Source: Candidatus Iainarchaeum sp.
Lineage (GTDB): Archaea > Iainarchaeota > Iainarchaeia > Iainarchaeales > CSSED10-239
Assembly: GCA_028700115.1 (NCBI GenBank)
Contig: JAQVTI010000002.1
Location: 418 to 64,417, forward strand
Length of the DNA stretch: 64,000 nucleotides
Reading direction: 5' to 3'
Part shown: positions 1-8,387 of the stretch, in pieces
Layout of the letters: every line of letters begins with the position of its first letter
Numbering within the stretch: the stretch's first letter is position 1
Program-made: the position numbers and the translations under genes
The notes under the pieces: model-generated
Seen by the model: the letters and a program-made list of their open reading frames with translations, nothing else
Database searches by the model: none
Told to the model about the DNA's origin: nothing

Positions 1-62
1 AATTTTTGCTAAAGCTTTTTGAAAGTAAGGCTTATTTCTAATATTTTTTAAAAGATGATTTG

Positions 63-431
63 ATGAAACTTGAAAAAAATGTAATTTATTTTACTGGTTA
101 TATTGAAATAAATGAACTTGTGTGTAATTTTTTAAAAGAACTTGATGATTTGCAAAATTTTCAAAATAATTTTATTATAATAAATCTTAAAAATAAATGT
201 GTTTGTTTAATTGAAAATTTTTCAAAAGGTTATTCTAGATTTTATAAAAAAGATAAATGTTTTTTTTATTCTAAATCTAAAGATAATCTTTCAGAAATTA
301 TCTCAAATTTACTTTTATTATATAAATTTGATATTTTTACAAAAGAACAATTTGATAGATATGTTTATTTATTTAATTTGAAATTTTCTATTTTTAATGG
401 TTTATTAAAAAAATTTGAAAAAAATGAATAA
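63..431 (+). CDS. hypothetical protein (upstream neighbour of the DGR core)
   Basis: ORF track 60-431. The TTG at 60 is followed at once by an ATG at 63. No recognisable motifs. Confidence 0.3.
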   Translation: MKLEKNVIYFTGYIEINELVCNFLKELDDLQNFQNNFIIINLKNKCVCLIENFSKGYSRFYKKDKCFFYSKSKDNLSEIISNLLLLYKFDIFTKEQFDRYVYLFNLKFSIFNGLLKKFEKNE

Positions 432-433
432 AT

Positions 434-766
434 ATGTTATCTGATTTAAAACTTTATAATGAAACTTATAATCTCATATTATGGTTATATCCTATTTTTA
501 AAAAATATCCTAAATCAGATAAATATAGTCTTGGTAAAAAACAAAAAGATATTTTATTAGAGGTTATGTCTGATATTATATTATTTAGTAAAAATAATAA
601 TTTAGATTATCTTAAAAAAATTGATTTAAATTTAGAACTTTTAAGAATTTCTTTTAGGCTTTCTAAAGATTTGAAAATAATAAATTTTAATAAATATGAA
701 ATTATTTCCAAAAAAATAACTTCATTAGGTTCTTTAGTTGGTGGCTTGATTAAGAAATATTTATAA
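434..766 (+). CDS. avd: Avd-like accessory variability determinant (four-helix-bundle / 23S rRNA-intervening-sequence protein family)
   Basis: 110 aa and basic. The pattern LYPIFKKYPKSDKYSLG ... LRISFRLSKD ... LGSLVGGLIKKY resembles bAvd and PF05635-type proteins. It lies directly upstream of the TR and RT. Confidence 0.75.
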   Translation: MLSDLKLYNETYNLILWLYPIFKKYPKSDKYSLGKKQKDILLEVMSDIILFSKNNNLDYLKKIDLNLELLRISFRLSKDLKIINFNKYEIISKKITSLGSLVGGLIKKYL

Positions 767-819
767 ATTGTTTATAGTATATACATTTGTCTTAAAAGAC
801 AAAGGTAGTATACAGTAAA

Positions 820-954
820 TTTCGTGCCTTTCTTGTGGGTGGTAATTGGAACAATGGTTCAAATGCCGGAGTTCTATCTCGGAATTTGAACAATAGTCCT
901 TCGAACCGGAACTATAACATCGGTTTCCGGTGTGTAGTAGTTTTTTCCTTTTAG
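820..954 (+). repeat. DGR template repeat (TR), a non-coding copy of a C-type-lectin-fold variable region
   Basis: GC-rich island in AT-rich DNA. The frame starting at 820 reads FRAFLVGGNWNNGSNAGVLSRNLNNSPSNRNYNIGFRCVVVFSF* with ten AAY Asn codons. It has no start codon, and stop codons lie just upstream. Confidence 0.75.
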
Positions 955-1152
955 GTTAAATTATGAGTAATTATATTTAAGGATATAATTAGTATTTTTA
1001 AAAAACTACATCTGTATAAACCTGATTTGTGTTTTATTTTTAAAACACCTTTTGGAAATACCAAGAGTTTAAGTCAAAAAATTTTTTTAAAATTATAATT
1101 TTTAGTAGTTTTTGATAAAATGAAATTAATTATAATTTTCTTTTGATTTTTT

Positions 1153-2214
1153 ATGAAGTCATATAATAATTTGTGGTCTGAATTTATTTCTTTTAGAAAT
1201 TTATTTCTTGCTTTTAAAAAAGCAAGAAAAGTAAAACCTAATTCTAAACAAGTTTTAGATTTTTCTTTTAATTTAGAAAAAAATTTATTTTCTCTTCAAA
1301 AAGAATTAATTGAAAATAAATATTCTGTAAGTGCTTATAATGTTTTTACTATTTTTGAACCTAAAGAAAGGATAATTAAATCTTTGCCTTTTAAGGATAG
1401 AGTTGTTCAACATGCTTTAATAAATATTATTGAACCAATTTTTGAAAAATCTTTTATTTATGATTCTTTTGCTTGTAGAAAAAATAAAGGTATTCATTTT
1501 GGATTAAATCGATTAAAAAAAGTAATTCAAAATAAATCTTGTCTAAAATATTTTTTAAAAGCAGATATTAAAAAATATTTTTTTTCAATAGATCATTCTA
1601 TTTTAAAAGAAATTATTTTTAAAAAAATCAAAGATAAATCTCTTCAAAATTTAATATCCATAGTTATAGATAGTGATTGTTCTAATTTATCTATAAATAA
1701 AGGTGTGCCTATTGGTAATTTAACTTCTCAGTTGTTTGCAAATATTTATCTTAATGAATTTGATCAATATATAAAACACAATTTATTTGTTTCTAAATAT
1801 TTTAGATATGTAGATGATTTTTTAATATTTTCTAATTCTAAAAAAGACTTAAATAAAATTTTATATTGCTGTCGTGTTTTTTTAAAAAAAGAATTAAAAT
1901 TAAAAATTCCTTTTAAGAAAGCAAATATTTATTTAACTAATAATGGAGTTGATTTTATTGGTTATGTTATTTATCCAAATTTTATTAAAGTTAGAACTAA
2001 AAGTTTAAAAAGATTTTATAAGGTTTCTAAAAAAAATATTTATTTATATGATATTGACTATATTTCTAAAGTTCAACTTGAGTCTTCTATTTGTTCTTTT
2101 TTAGGTTTTTTTAAATTTTCTAGTTCTTATAATGCTGTAATAAATATTTTTAATAATAATATTATATTTTATAATTATTTTTATTTATTTAATAAAATTT
2201 ATTTTAGTTTTTAA
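1153..2214 (+). CDS. DGR-type reverse transcriptase
   Basis: RT motifs KDRVVQHAL, LKADIKKYFFSIDH, GVPIGNLTSQLFANIYL (DGR signature [ILV]GxxxSQ), catalytic YVDD (1806-1817) and thumb FIGYVI. Confidence 0.85.
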   Translation: MKSYNNLWSEFISFRNLFLAFKKARKVKPNSKQVLDFSFNLEKNLFSLQKELIENKYSVSAYNVFTIFEPKERIIKSLPFKDRVVQHALINIIEPIFEKSFIYDSFACRKNKGIHFGLNRLKKVIQNKSCLKYFLKADIKKYFFSIDHSILKEIIFKKIKDKSLQNLISIVIDSDCSNLSINKGVPIGNLTSQLFANIYLNEFDQYIKHNLFVSKYFRYVDDFLIFSNSKKDLNKILYCCRVFLKKELKLKIPFKKANIYLTNNGVDFIGYVIYPNFIKVRTKSLKRFYKVSKKNIYLYDIDYISKVQLESSICSFLGFFKFSSSYNAVINIFNNNIIFYNYFYLFNKIYFSF

Positions 2215-2731
2215 GATAAGAAGTTGTCATTTTCTCAATAATCTTGTTAATTTCTTTTTTTCCTCTTTCTATTTTATAAAAAGAAAGTGCATTTTCTTTA
2301 TTATATTTATTTTTTCTAATAACTTTAATATCTAATTCTTTAATAATTTCTTTTTTTTTTTTTTTGTCAATAATTTTATTAGATACAATATTTATAAAAT
2401 AATTATTTTCCCCTTTTTTTAAATACCAGTTTTTTGAAATTTTATTAATTTGATCTGAACAGTTTAAAGTTAATAGCATTTCAGTAAATCTATTTTTTGA
2501 TATATTAATTTTATCTATAAATTTAGAATATGTGATATATATCGCATAATTTAGGTGTATTTTGTTGTATATATGTGTGTTTGGGACAATAAATATTTCT
2601 ATTTTATGATTTTGGTTATTTTTTATGTTTTCAATTCTTTTTAAATAGTTTTCTATATTATAAATATCTATTGTACAAAATATATTTTCAATATAATATT
2701 TTTTGTTATTAATATTAAATCTTTCTCTCAT
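2204..2731 (-). CDS. hypothetical protein, convergent with the RT and overlapping its 3' end by 11 nt
   Basis: ORF track only. Lys/Asn-rich, with no motif I recognise. Confidence 0.3.
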   Translation of the reverse strand: MRERFNINNKKYYIENIFCTIDIYNIENYLKRIENIKNNQNHKIEIFIVPNTHIYNKIHLNYAIYITYSKFIDKINISKNRFTEMLLTLNCSDQINKISKNWYLKKGENNYFINIVSNKIIDKKKKKEIIKELDIKVIRKNKYNKENALSFYKIERGKKEINKIIEKMTTSYLKN

Positions 2732-2780
2732 AATAAAATAATATGATCGTAACTGTTTTAAAATTTATAGGTGAACTAAC

Positions 2781-3176
2781 ATGGTTGAATGGAGACAAAT
2801 TTCTAAAAGAAAAAAAACTGGTGGAATCAATAATGCAGTAAATGCAAAAACAAAGTCTTTAAGTAATAAAGGTGGAACTTTTGTAAAGACAACAGTAAAT
2901 GATGTTGAAAAAAGATTTCAAGAAAGAACTATTGGTGGGAATAAGAAAGTTAAACTTTCCCAAACAAATATTGCTTTAATTTCTATTGCAGGAAAATCTA
3001 AAAAGGTAAAAATTTTAGATGTTTTAGAAAATGAAGCAAATAAACATTTTGTAAGGCAAAAAGTTATTACAAAAGGGTGTATTATAAAAGTAGATATTGA
3101 TGGAAAAGAAGAAAAAGCAAAAGTTACTTCTAGACCAGGTCAATTTGGACAAGTTTCTGCTATTTTAGTTAAATAA
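2781..3176 (+). CDS. rps8e: 30S ribosomal protein S8e
   Basis: N-terminus WRQISKRKKTGG and a size typical of eS8. Confidence 0.85.
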   Translation: MVEWRQISKRKKTGGINNAVNAKTKSLSNKGGTFVKTTVNDVEKRFQERTIGGNKKVKLSQTNIALISIAGKSKKVKILDVLENEANKHFVRQKVITKGCIIKVDIDGKEEKAKVTSRPGQFGQVSAILVK

Positions 3177-3185
3177 ATTTAATTT

Positions 3186-3737
3186 ATGTTTTCTAAATTT
3201 AAACAAACTTTAAAAACAGATTTTAATAATAAAAAAAAAAGATTAGTTTCTCTTTATTTTTTATTTCTTTTTCTATTTTTCTTTATTATATTTTTTTTAT
3301 TATTTTCAAAAACTTTTATTTATAGTTATATAAATTATTTTTATGGTATTTCTTCTTTTTTCATAATCAAAAATATTTTTCTAATTAGTTCTAGTTTTGT
3401 TTTTGATAGTTTGAATAATGTTTCTATTATTTTAATTTCTTCTTTAAATTATCCTGTTTTTATTACTTTTTTATGTACTGGTATACTTGAACTTAGTTTA
3501 ATCTTTTCTGCTATAGTGTCTTCTTTTAATTTTTCTATTATAAAAAGATTAAAAGGTTTATTTTTAGCTTTATTTGTTGTTATTATTTTTAATATATTTA
3601 GAATAAGTATAACTATTTTTATTATTACAAAATTTAATTTAGGTATTGCAAATTTAATGCATGGTTTTTTATTTAGATTATTTATAATTATAATTGTTAT
3701 TGGTACATATTATTTTTGGACTAAGAAAATAAAATAA
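3186..3737 (+). CDS. exosortase/archaeosortase family protein (small form)
   Basis: Polytopic membrane protein with an ordered Cys ... Arg ... His signature: FLCTGILELS, IFNIFRISITI, LMHGFLFRLF. Confidence 0.6.
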   Translation: MFSKFKQTLKTDFNNKKKRLVSLYFLFLFLFFFIIFFLLFSKTFIYSYINYFYGISSFFIIKNIFLISSSFVFDSLNNVSIILISSLNYPVFITFLCTGILELSLIFSAIVSSFNFSIIKRLKGLFLALFVVIIFNIFRISITIFIITKFNLGIANLMHGFLFRLFIIIIVIGTYYFWTKKIK

Positions 3738-4121
3738 TTATTTATTTTCTTTAATAATTTTTTTAACTTGAGAAATAGTTGCGTATTCTAATGGATTAAT
3801 ATTATCTATAATATATTTCATTTCTTTTAAGTCTTCTTCTTTTGCAAATTTTTTTGAAAAAAGTTCTAAAGAATGTTCAAGGTGTTCTATTTTTTTTTCA
3901 ATATTATCCATTCTTTTTGTAATGTCTTTAATCTCTTGAAAGTTTAGTCCTGTACTATTATTTGTAGTTTCTGTTTTTGATGCAATTTTTTTATTTAAAA
4001 CAAGTATATTTCTTCCCAAGATTTTTTCATTATGAACTAAATATTTTATTTTTTGTCTTAATACTAAAAGACTTGATTGTAAGGCTTTAATATCTTGATA
4101 TATTCCAGATTGTTCAGGCAT
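3738..4121 (-). CDS. hypothetical coiled-coil protein
   Basis: ORF track. Heptad-like, K/E/L-rich sequence. Confidence 0.3.
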   Translation of the reverse strand: MPEQSGIYQDIKALQSSLLVLRQKIKYLVHNEKILGRNILVLNKKIASKTETTNNSTGLNFQEIKDITKRMDNIEKKIEHLEHSLELFSKKFAKEEDLKEMKYIIDNINPLEYATISQVKKIIKENK

Positions 4122-4302
4122 ATTTAATCTTTTTTATTTTTCTTATTTAATATATATTGTATATTTTCTTTTAAAGCTTTTTCTTTTTCTTTTTTTAGTT
4201 TCGCGTAATTAATTTTATTCAGTTATTAAATTAAATACCTTTATAAATACTTTCTCTCTATATATTATTACAAACCACATTTGGTTTTTGGAGGTATAAT
4301 TT

Positions 4303-4707
4303 ATGAAAAAAGTGTTTTTTATTTTTATGATTTTATTAGTTTCTTTATTTTCAGCATTTATTTTTGCAGAAGATTTTGATATTACTGATGTTTCATATTC
4401 TTATGTTACTTATGATTATCCAATATATCCAAATGTAAGTTATCAAAGAAATTATTCTCAAGCAGGTTATGATTATATAAATACATATAATTCATATGCT
4501 ACAATAAATCCATATTCTGGAACTTATTATAATTCTTATCCAGCATATAATTATTATGCTTATAATAATTATCCTGTATATACTTATTATCCTACACATA
4601 GTTCGTATATAACTCCAGTTTATTCTTCTTATACAAATTATTATCCATATAATTCTAATAATTTATCTTATTCAAATGGAAATTCTTATGTTTCTTTTAC
4701 ATGGTAG
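4303..4707 (+). CDS. secreted Tyr/Asn/Ser/Pro-rich low-complexity protein
   Basis: Signal peptide MKKVFFIFMILLVSLFSAFIFA, followed by about 110 aa dominated by Y, N, S and P. SD GGAGGT lies upstream. Confidence 0.55.
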   Translation: MKKVFFIFMILLVSLFSAFIFAEDFDITDVSYSYVTYDYPIYPNVSYQRNYSQAGYDYINTYNSYATINPYSGTYYNSYPAYNYYAYNNYPVYTYYPTHSSYITPVYSSYTNYYPYNSNNLSYSNGNSYVSFTW

Positions 4708-4757
4708 TTTTTATTTTTAAAAAATGTTTTTTTTAATTTATTAATGTGTGATTTAAA

Positions 4758-7700
4758 ATGAAGTTTAAAATTTATTTAATATTTATTATTTTAGTTTTTA
4801 TATCAAGCACACTATGTGCTTCATATATAGGTTTTGAATATACTGAGGTTAGAAGTACTAGTTATTATACTTTTTCAAATACCCAATATTCAAATTACTA
4901 TGAACCAATTGATTTAAGATTTTCTGCATATTCATCAGGTTTTAATAATTATGTTCCAGTCAGAGTAACTCCAAGAGTTTATGGGGTTCTGCCAAATGGG
5001 CAATTAAACTTTGTTTATACTCTCCCAACTTCTTCATATTTATTATATCCAAACCTTCCAATTTCATATACTTATAATAATTTATTTTATTTTGACCCAG
5101 AATATCAATTTTATGAAATAAAATTAGATATTGTAACTACAGATGGTGTATATTCAGATACAGATACATCTTATGTTTATTTTGAAGAAAATGGAACTTC
5201 AGGTAATTCTGGAAATTCTGGTAATACAAATGATCTTGAAGTTATAGATTGTTCTAAATTTTCTTTATCTGGATTTTATGATATTTATTTAGAGGAAGAT
5301 AAAGAAGATACCTATGATTTATATATTTATAATTCTGTTGATTTCCCATTAGATATTTTATCTGTTATAACAAATGATCTTTCTGAACTTGATGTTGAAG
5401 ATATAACTTATCCTTATACAATTTCTTCTTATCAAACAAGAAGTGCTCAAATTGATTTATTAGCAGATACAGTTTCAGATGATTATTCTTCTTTTATGGA
5501 TGTTTATGTGACTGCAAAATACGGAGATTTAGTTTGTAATAAAGAATTTAGAGTAAACTATACAATTGAAGATAAAGAAAATCCTTCAACTGCGGATTGT
5601 TCTGATATAGATTTTGAAAATATATCTTTTGAGATTATGGAAGATTCAAGTGATAGATTTGAAATTGATATTACAAATAATTCTTATGATTATGAATTTG
5701 AGATAGAATCAGTTTCTATAAATGATTCTGAAAATTTAGATGTAGATGTTTCATATTATCCTTCAAGAATAAATGTTGATCAAACAAGAACTTTAAAAAT
5801 AAATGTTGATTCAGAAGAAATTGATTCAAGTACAACTGAGGAAATTGAAGTTAAAGTTAAAGGGGTTATGACTAGAGACGGAAGAGAAGATAAAACTTGT
5901 AAAGTAAACCAAGATTTTAGATTTAGAATAATTGATTCTGAAAATACCTCTGGTTTTGGAGAATGTTCTGATATTAAGATTTATACTTCACAAATTTCTC
6001 AAGTAGAAAATATTTCTAAAGATTATTCTCTTCAAGATGGTTTTTATATTTATAATTCTTCAAATAAAGATTTTATTATTACAAACATAGTTTTTGATGA
6101 TAGATCTAGTGATTATGATATTTCAAAAAATCCAATGTCTTATACAGTTAATGCTTTTTCAAAAAATTCACTTAATTTCAATTTAAAGACTTATGATGTT
6201 TTTAATGATTTATATAAATCTAAGGTAAATGTATATGGTAAGTTTGAAAATGGAGTAAGTTGTTTATATTCTGATATTTCAAAAGAGTTTAATATATATA
6301 TAGGTAAAGAACAAAATCAATGTAGTTTAATTAAACCTGATAGTATAAATGTAAATGAAGGTAAAAATACTTTAAGAGTATATAATAATTCTAATCTTGA
6401 TTTTATTGTAAATGATGTTTTGAAATCTAATCTTTCTGATTTAGATATTGATGTAATTGACAATTCATTTACAATTAATAAAAATTCATATAAAGATATT
6501 GAATTTGGAGTTTTAGGTAAATCTGGTTATGCTGAGCTTTTATATAAGGGTGGATTTGAAAATGGAGTTAGTTGTTCTTATACAGATATTTCAAAGTCTA
6601 TTTTAAAAAGTAATAATTATTATTTATCTGGTGATTGTGAATTTTCTTTTGATTTTCCAAAATATTTAACTTTAAATTCTAATCAAGATATTAAATCTTT
6701 TGAAATTTTTTTTAAAAATAAAACAAATAAGTCTGGTTACATAGAATTAACTACAGATGGTGCTAATATTTCTCCTTCTTTTTTATATTTTTCAAGTTTT
6801 GAGGATTTTACAAATAATGTTTTTATTTCTGATTTTATTAATTCTACTATTATTAATTATAATATTAAATTAAGTGATTGCCCTAAAGTGAATTATTCTA
6901 CTTTTTTAAAAAAAGAAATAATTTTAGATAATAGTTTAGAGTTATTGTCTTTTTCAAATGAAATTAGTTCTACAAGTAATCAAATAGATACATCTGTTGT
7001 TTTAAGAAATAATTCTGATTTTTCAAAAACTTTTGTTGTAGCCCTTTCTGGTTTTCCTTCTAGTTTGTCTTATTTAGTTTCTGATAATCTTAATTTTTCT
7101 AATAGTAATAATGTTTTTACAATTGCCCCACATCAAGAAAAGATTTTATATTTTAGAATAAATTCAAGTATTTTAACAAATAATTCTTTTAATGGATTTT
7201 TTGAATTTTTTATAGATGATTCTTTAGTTTTGCAAAAGCCTTTAAAAATAACATTAATTTCAAATCATGTTGTTGAATTTTTAATGTCTGTTGATGTTTT
7301 AGATTCTTCTAATAGTTTTTCTAAGTTTATTTCTATAGATGTTGTTAATAATTCTTTAAATGATATTAATTCTGTAATTGTATTTAATAATCTTAAAGAA
7401 AATATGGATGTTTTAGGAGATGATTTGAATTTTTTTATTTTGAAAAATTCAAATATTATTAAACAATATGAAATTAAAAGTAGTAGTTTTTTTCCAAAGG
7501 ATTATAATTTAGATGTTATGTTATATGATTTTGATAAAAATATACCTTTAGCATCTACAAATGTTGTTTTTAATAGAAAAGGTAGTTTATTTAATACAGG
7601 TTTTTTTTCTTTAGGCGTTTTTAATAGTATTACTTTGATTTTTTTGATAATTTTATTTTTAATAATAATTGTATATTTTATTAAAAAACATAAAAATATT

Positions 7701-7985
7701 ATGCCTATTAAAAATATTTTTTTAAAAAGAAAAAATTCTTTAATTTTGGATGATTCTAATAATTTTAAAAAGATTGTTTTAGATAAGAAAGATGTTTTAG
7801 ATAAGAAAGATGTTTTAGATAAGAAAGATGTTTTAGATAAGAAAGATGGTTTTAAGTTAGTTTATGATTCTTTTTTAATTAATAATAATTCTAATATCAA
7901 AAGAAAGTCTCTAAATATGGTTGATAATAAAAAAATGGTTTCTAAAAAGAATTTAGATAGTTTTAATTTTTCTAAAAATTTTTAG
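4758..7985 (+). CDS. large modular cell-surface protein (signal peptide, repeated beta-sandwich-like modules, C-terminal TM and Lys-rich tail)
   Basis: N-terminal signal peptide. Repeated modules of about 110 aa begin with CS(D/K/L) and end with G.FENGVSC.Y.DISK. TM segment ITLIFLIILFLIIIVYF. VLDKKD x4 in the tail. Confidence 0.55.
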   Translation: MKFKIYLIFIILVFISSTLCASYIGFEYTEVRSTSYYTFSNTQYSNYYEPIDLRFSAYSSGFNNYVPVRVTPRVYGVLPNGQLNFVYTLPTSSYLLYPNLPISYTYNNLFYFDPEYQFYEIKLDIVTTDGVYSDTDTSYVYFEENGTSGNSGNSGNTNDLEVIDCSKFSLSGFYDIYLEEDKEDTYDLYIYNSVDFPLDILSVITNDLSELDVEDITYPYTISSYQTRSAQIDLLADTVSDDYSSFMDVYVTAKYGDLVCNKEFRVNYTIEDKENPSTADCSDIDFENISFEIMEDSSDRFEIDITNNSYDYEFEIESVSINDSENLDVDVSYYPSRINVDQTRTLKINVDSEEIDSSTTEEIEVKVKGVMTRDGREDKTCKVNQDFRFRIIDSENTSGFGECSDIKIYTSQISQVENISKDYSLQDGFYIYNSSNKDFIITNIVFDDRSSDYDISKNPMSYTVNAFSKNSLNFNLKTYDVFNDLYKSKVNVYGKFENGVSCLYSDISKEFNIYIGKEQNQCSLIKPDSINVNEGKNTLRVYNNSNLDFIVNDVLKSNLSDLDIDVIDNSFTINKNSYKDIEFGVLGKSGYAELLYKGGFENGVSCSYTDISKSILKSNNYYLSGDCEFSFDFPKYLTLNSNQDIKSFEIFFKNKTNKSGYIELTTDGANISPSFLYFSSFEDFTNNVFISDFINSTIINYNIKLSDCPKVNYSTFLKKEIILDNSLELLSFSNEISSTSNQIDTSVVLRNNSDFSKTFVVALSGFPSSLSYLVSDNLNFSNSNNVFTIAPHQEKILYFRINSSILTNNSFNGFFEFFIDDSLVLQKPLKITLISNHVVEFLMSVDVLDSSNSFSKFISIDVVNNSLNDINSVIVFNNLKENMDVLGDDLNFFILKNSNIIKQYEIKSSSFFPKDYNLDVMLYDFDKNIPLASTNVVFNRKGSLFNTGFFSLGVFNSITLIFLIILFLIIIVYFIKKHKNIMPIKNIFLKRKNSLILDDSNNFKKIVLDKKDVLDKKDVLDKKDVLDKKDGFKLVYDSFLINNNSNIKRKSLNMVDNKKMVSKKNLDSFNFSKNF
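7776..7847. repeat. perfect 18-bp tandem repeat x4 (encodes VLDKKD x4)
   Basis: gttttagataagaaagat is repeated four times head to tail. Confidence 0.9.
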
Positions 7986-8387
7986 TTATTTTTATATTTT
8001 ATTAATATTCTGAGTTTTTTTAGAATGTTTTTTTAGGTTTTGAAATCTTTTGCACCTTATTTTTGCATTTAAAGCTTATTTTATTCTTTTAAGTTTTTTT
8101 TGTGCAAATTGAGTGCTTTTTAGGTTGTTTTTTGGCAATCTATTTATAAAGTTTTCTATTCAGTTAATTATTATATAAACAATATAAGCTTTGTACACTG
8201 CTAGTTAACAGGTACAATATATTAACTTTTTTAATTAAAAGTTAACATGTAAATGCAAAGCAAGATTTATGTGTTTTTTTAAAAATTTTAAAAAAGTAGA
8301 TTTATGTTTGTGCATTTTTATAAAAAATGATTTAATATATTTAAAAAAATTTAAAAATATTTTAAAAAATAATAATGTGTTTTTAAT

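Larger units (their letters stand above)
434..2214 (+). mobile_element. diversity-generating retroelement (DGR) core: avd - template repeat - reverse transcriptase
   Basis: Canonical gene order: Avd-like four-helix-bundle ORF, GC-rich non-coding TR, and an RT carrying the DGR-specific IGNLTSQ motif. Confidence 0.8.

Noticed and set aside
820-954. Treating the open frame FRAFLVGGNWNN ... GFRCVVVFSF* as a small protein-coding gene.
   Set aside because: It has no start codon, stop codons lie immediately upstream, and it sits between avd and the RT. It is best explained as the DGR template repeat.
4758-7985. Candidate DGR variable-repeat hosts: the C-termini of the large surface proteins (4758-7985, 37120-40725, 55204-57327) and the fragment at 50128-50346.
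   Set aside because: None contains a sequence resembling the TR backbone (ggtggt..ttgg ... cggtttccggtgtgt) on either strand. None ends with a GFRC-type CLec motif.
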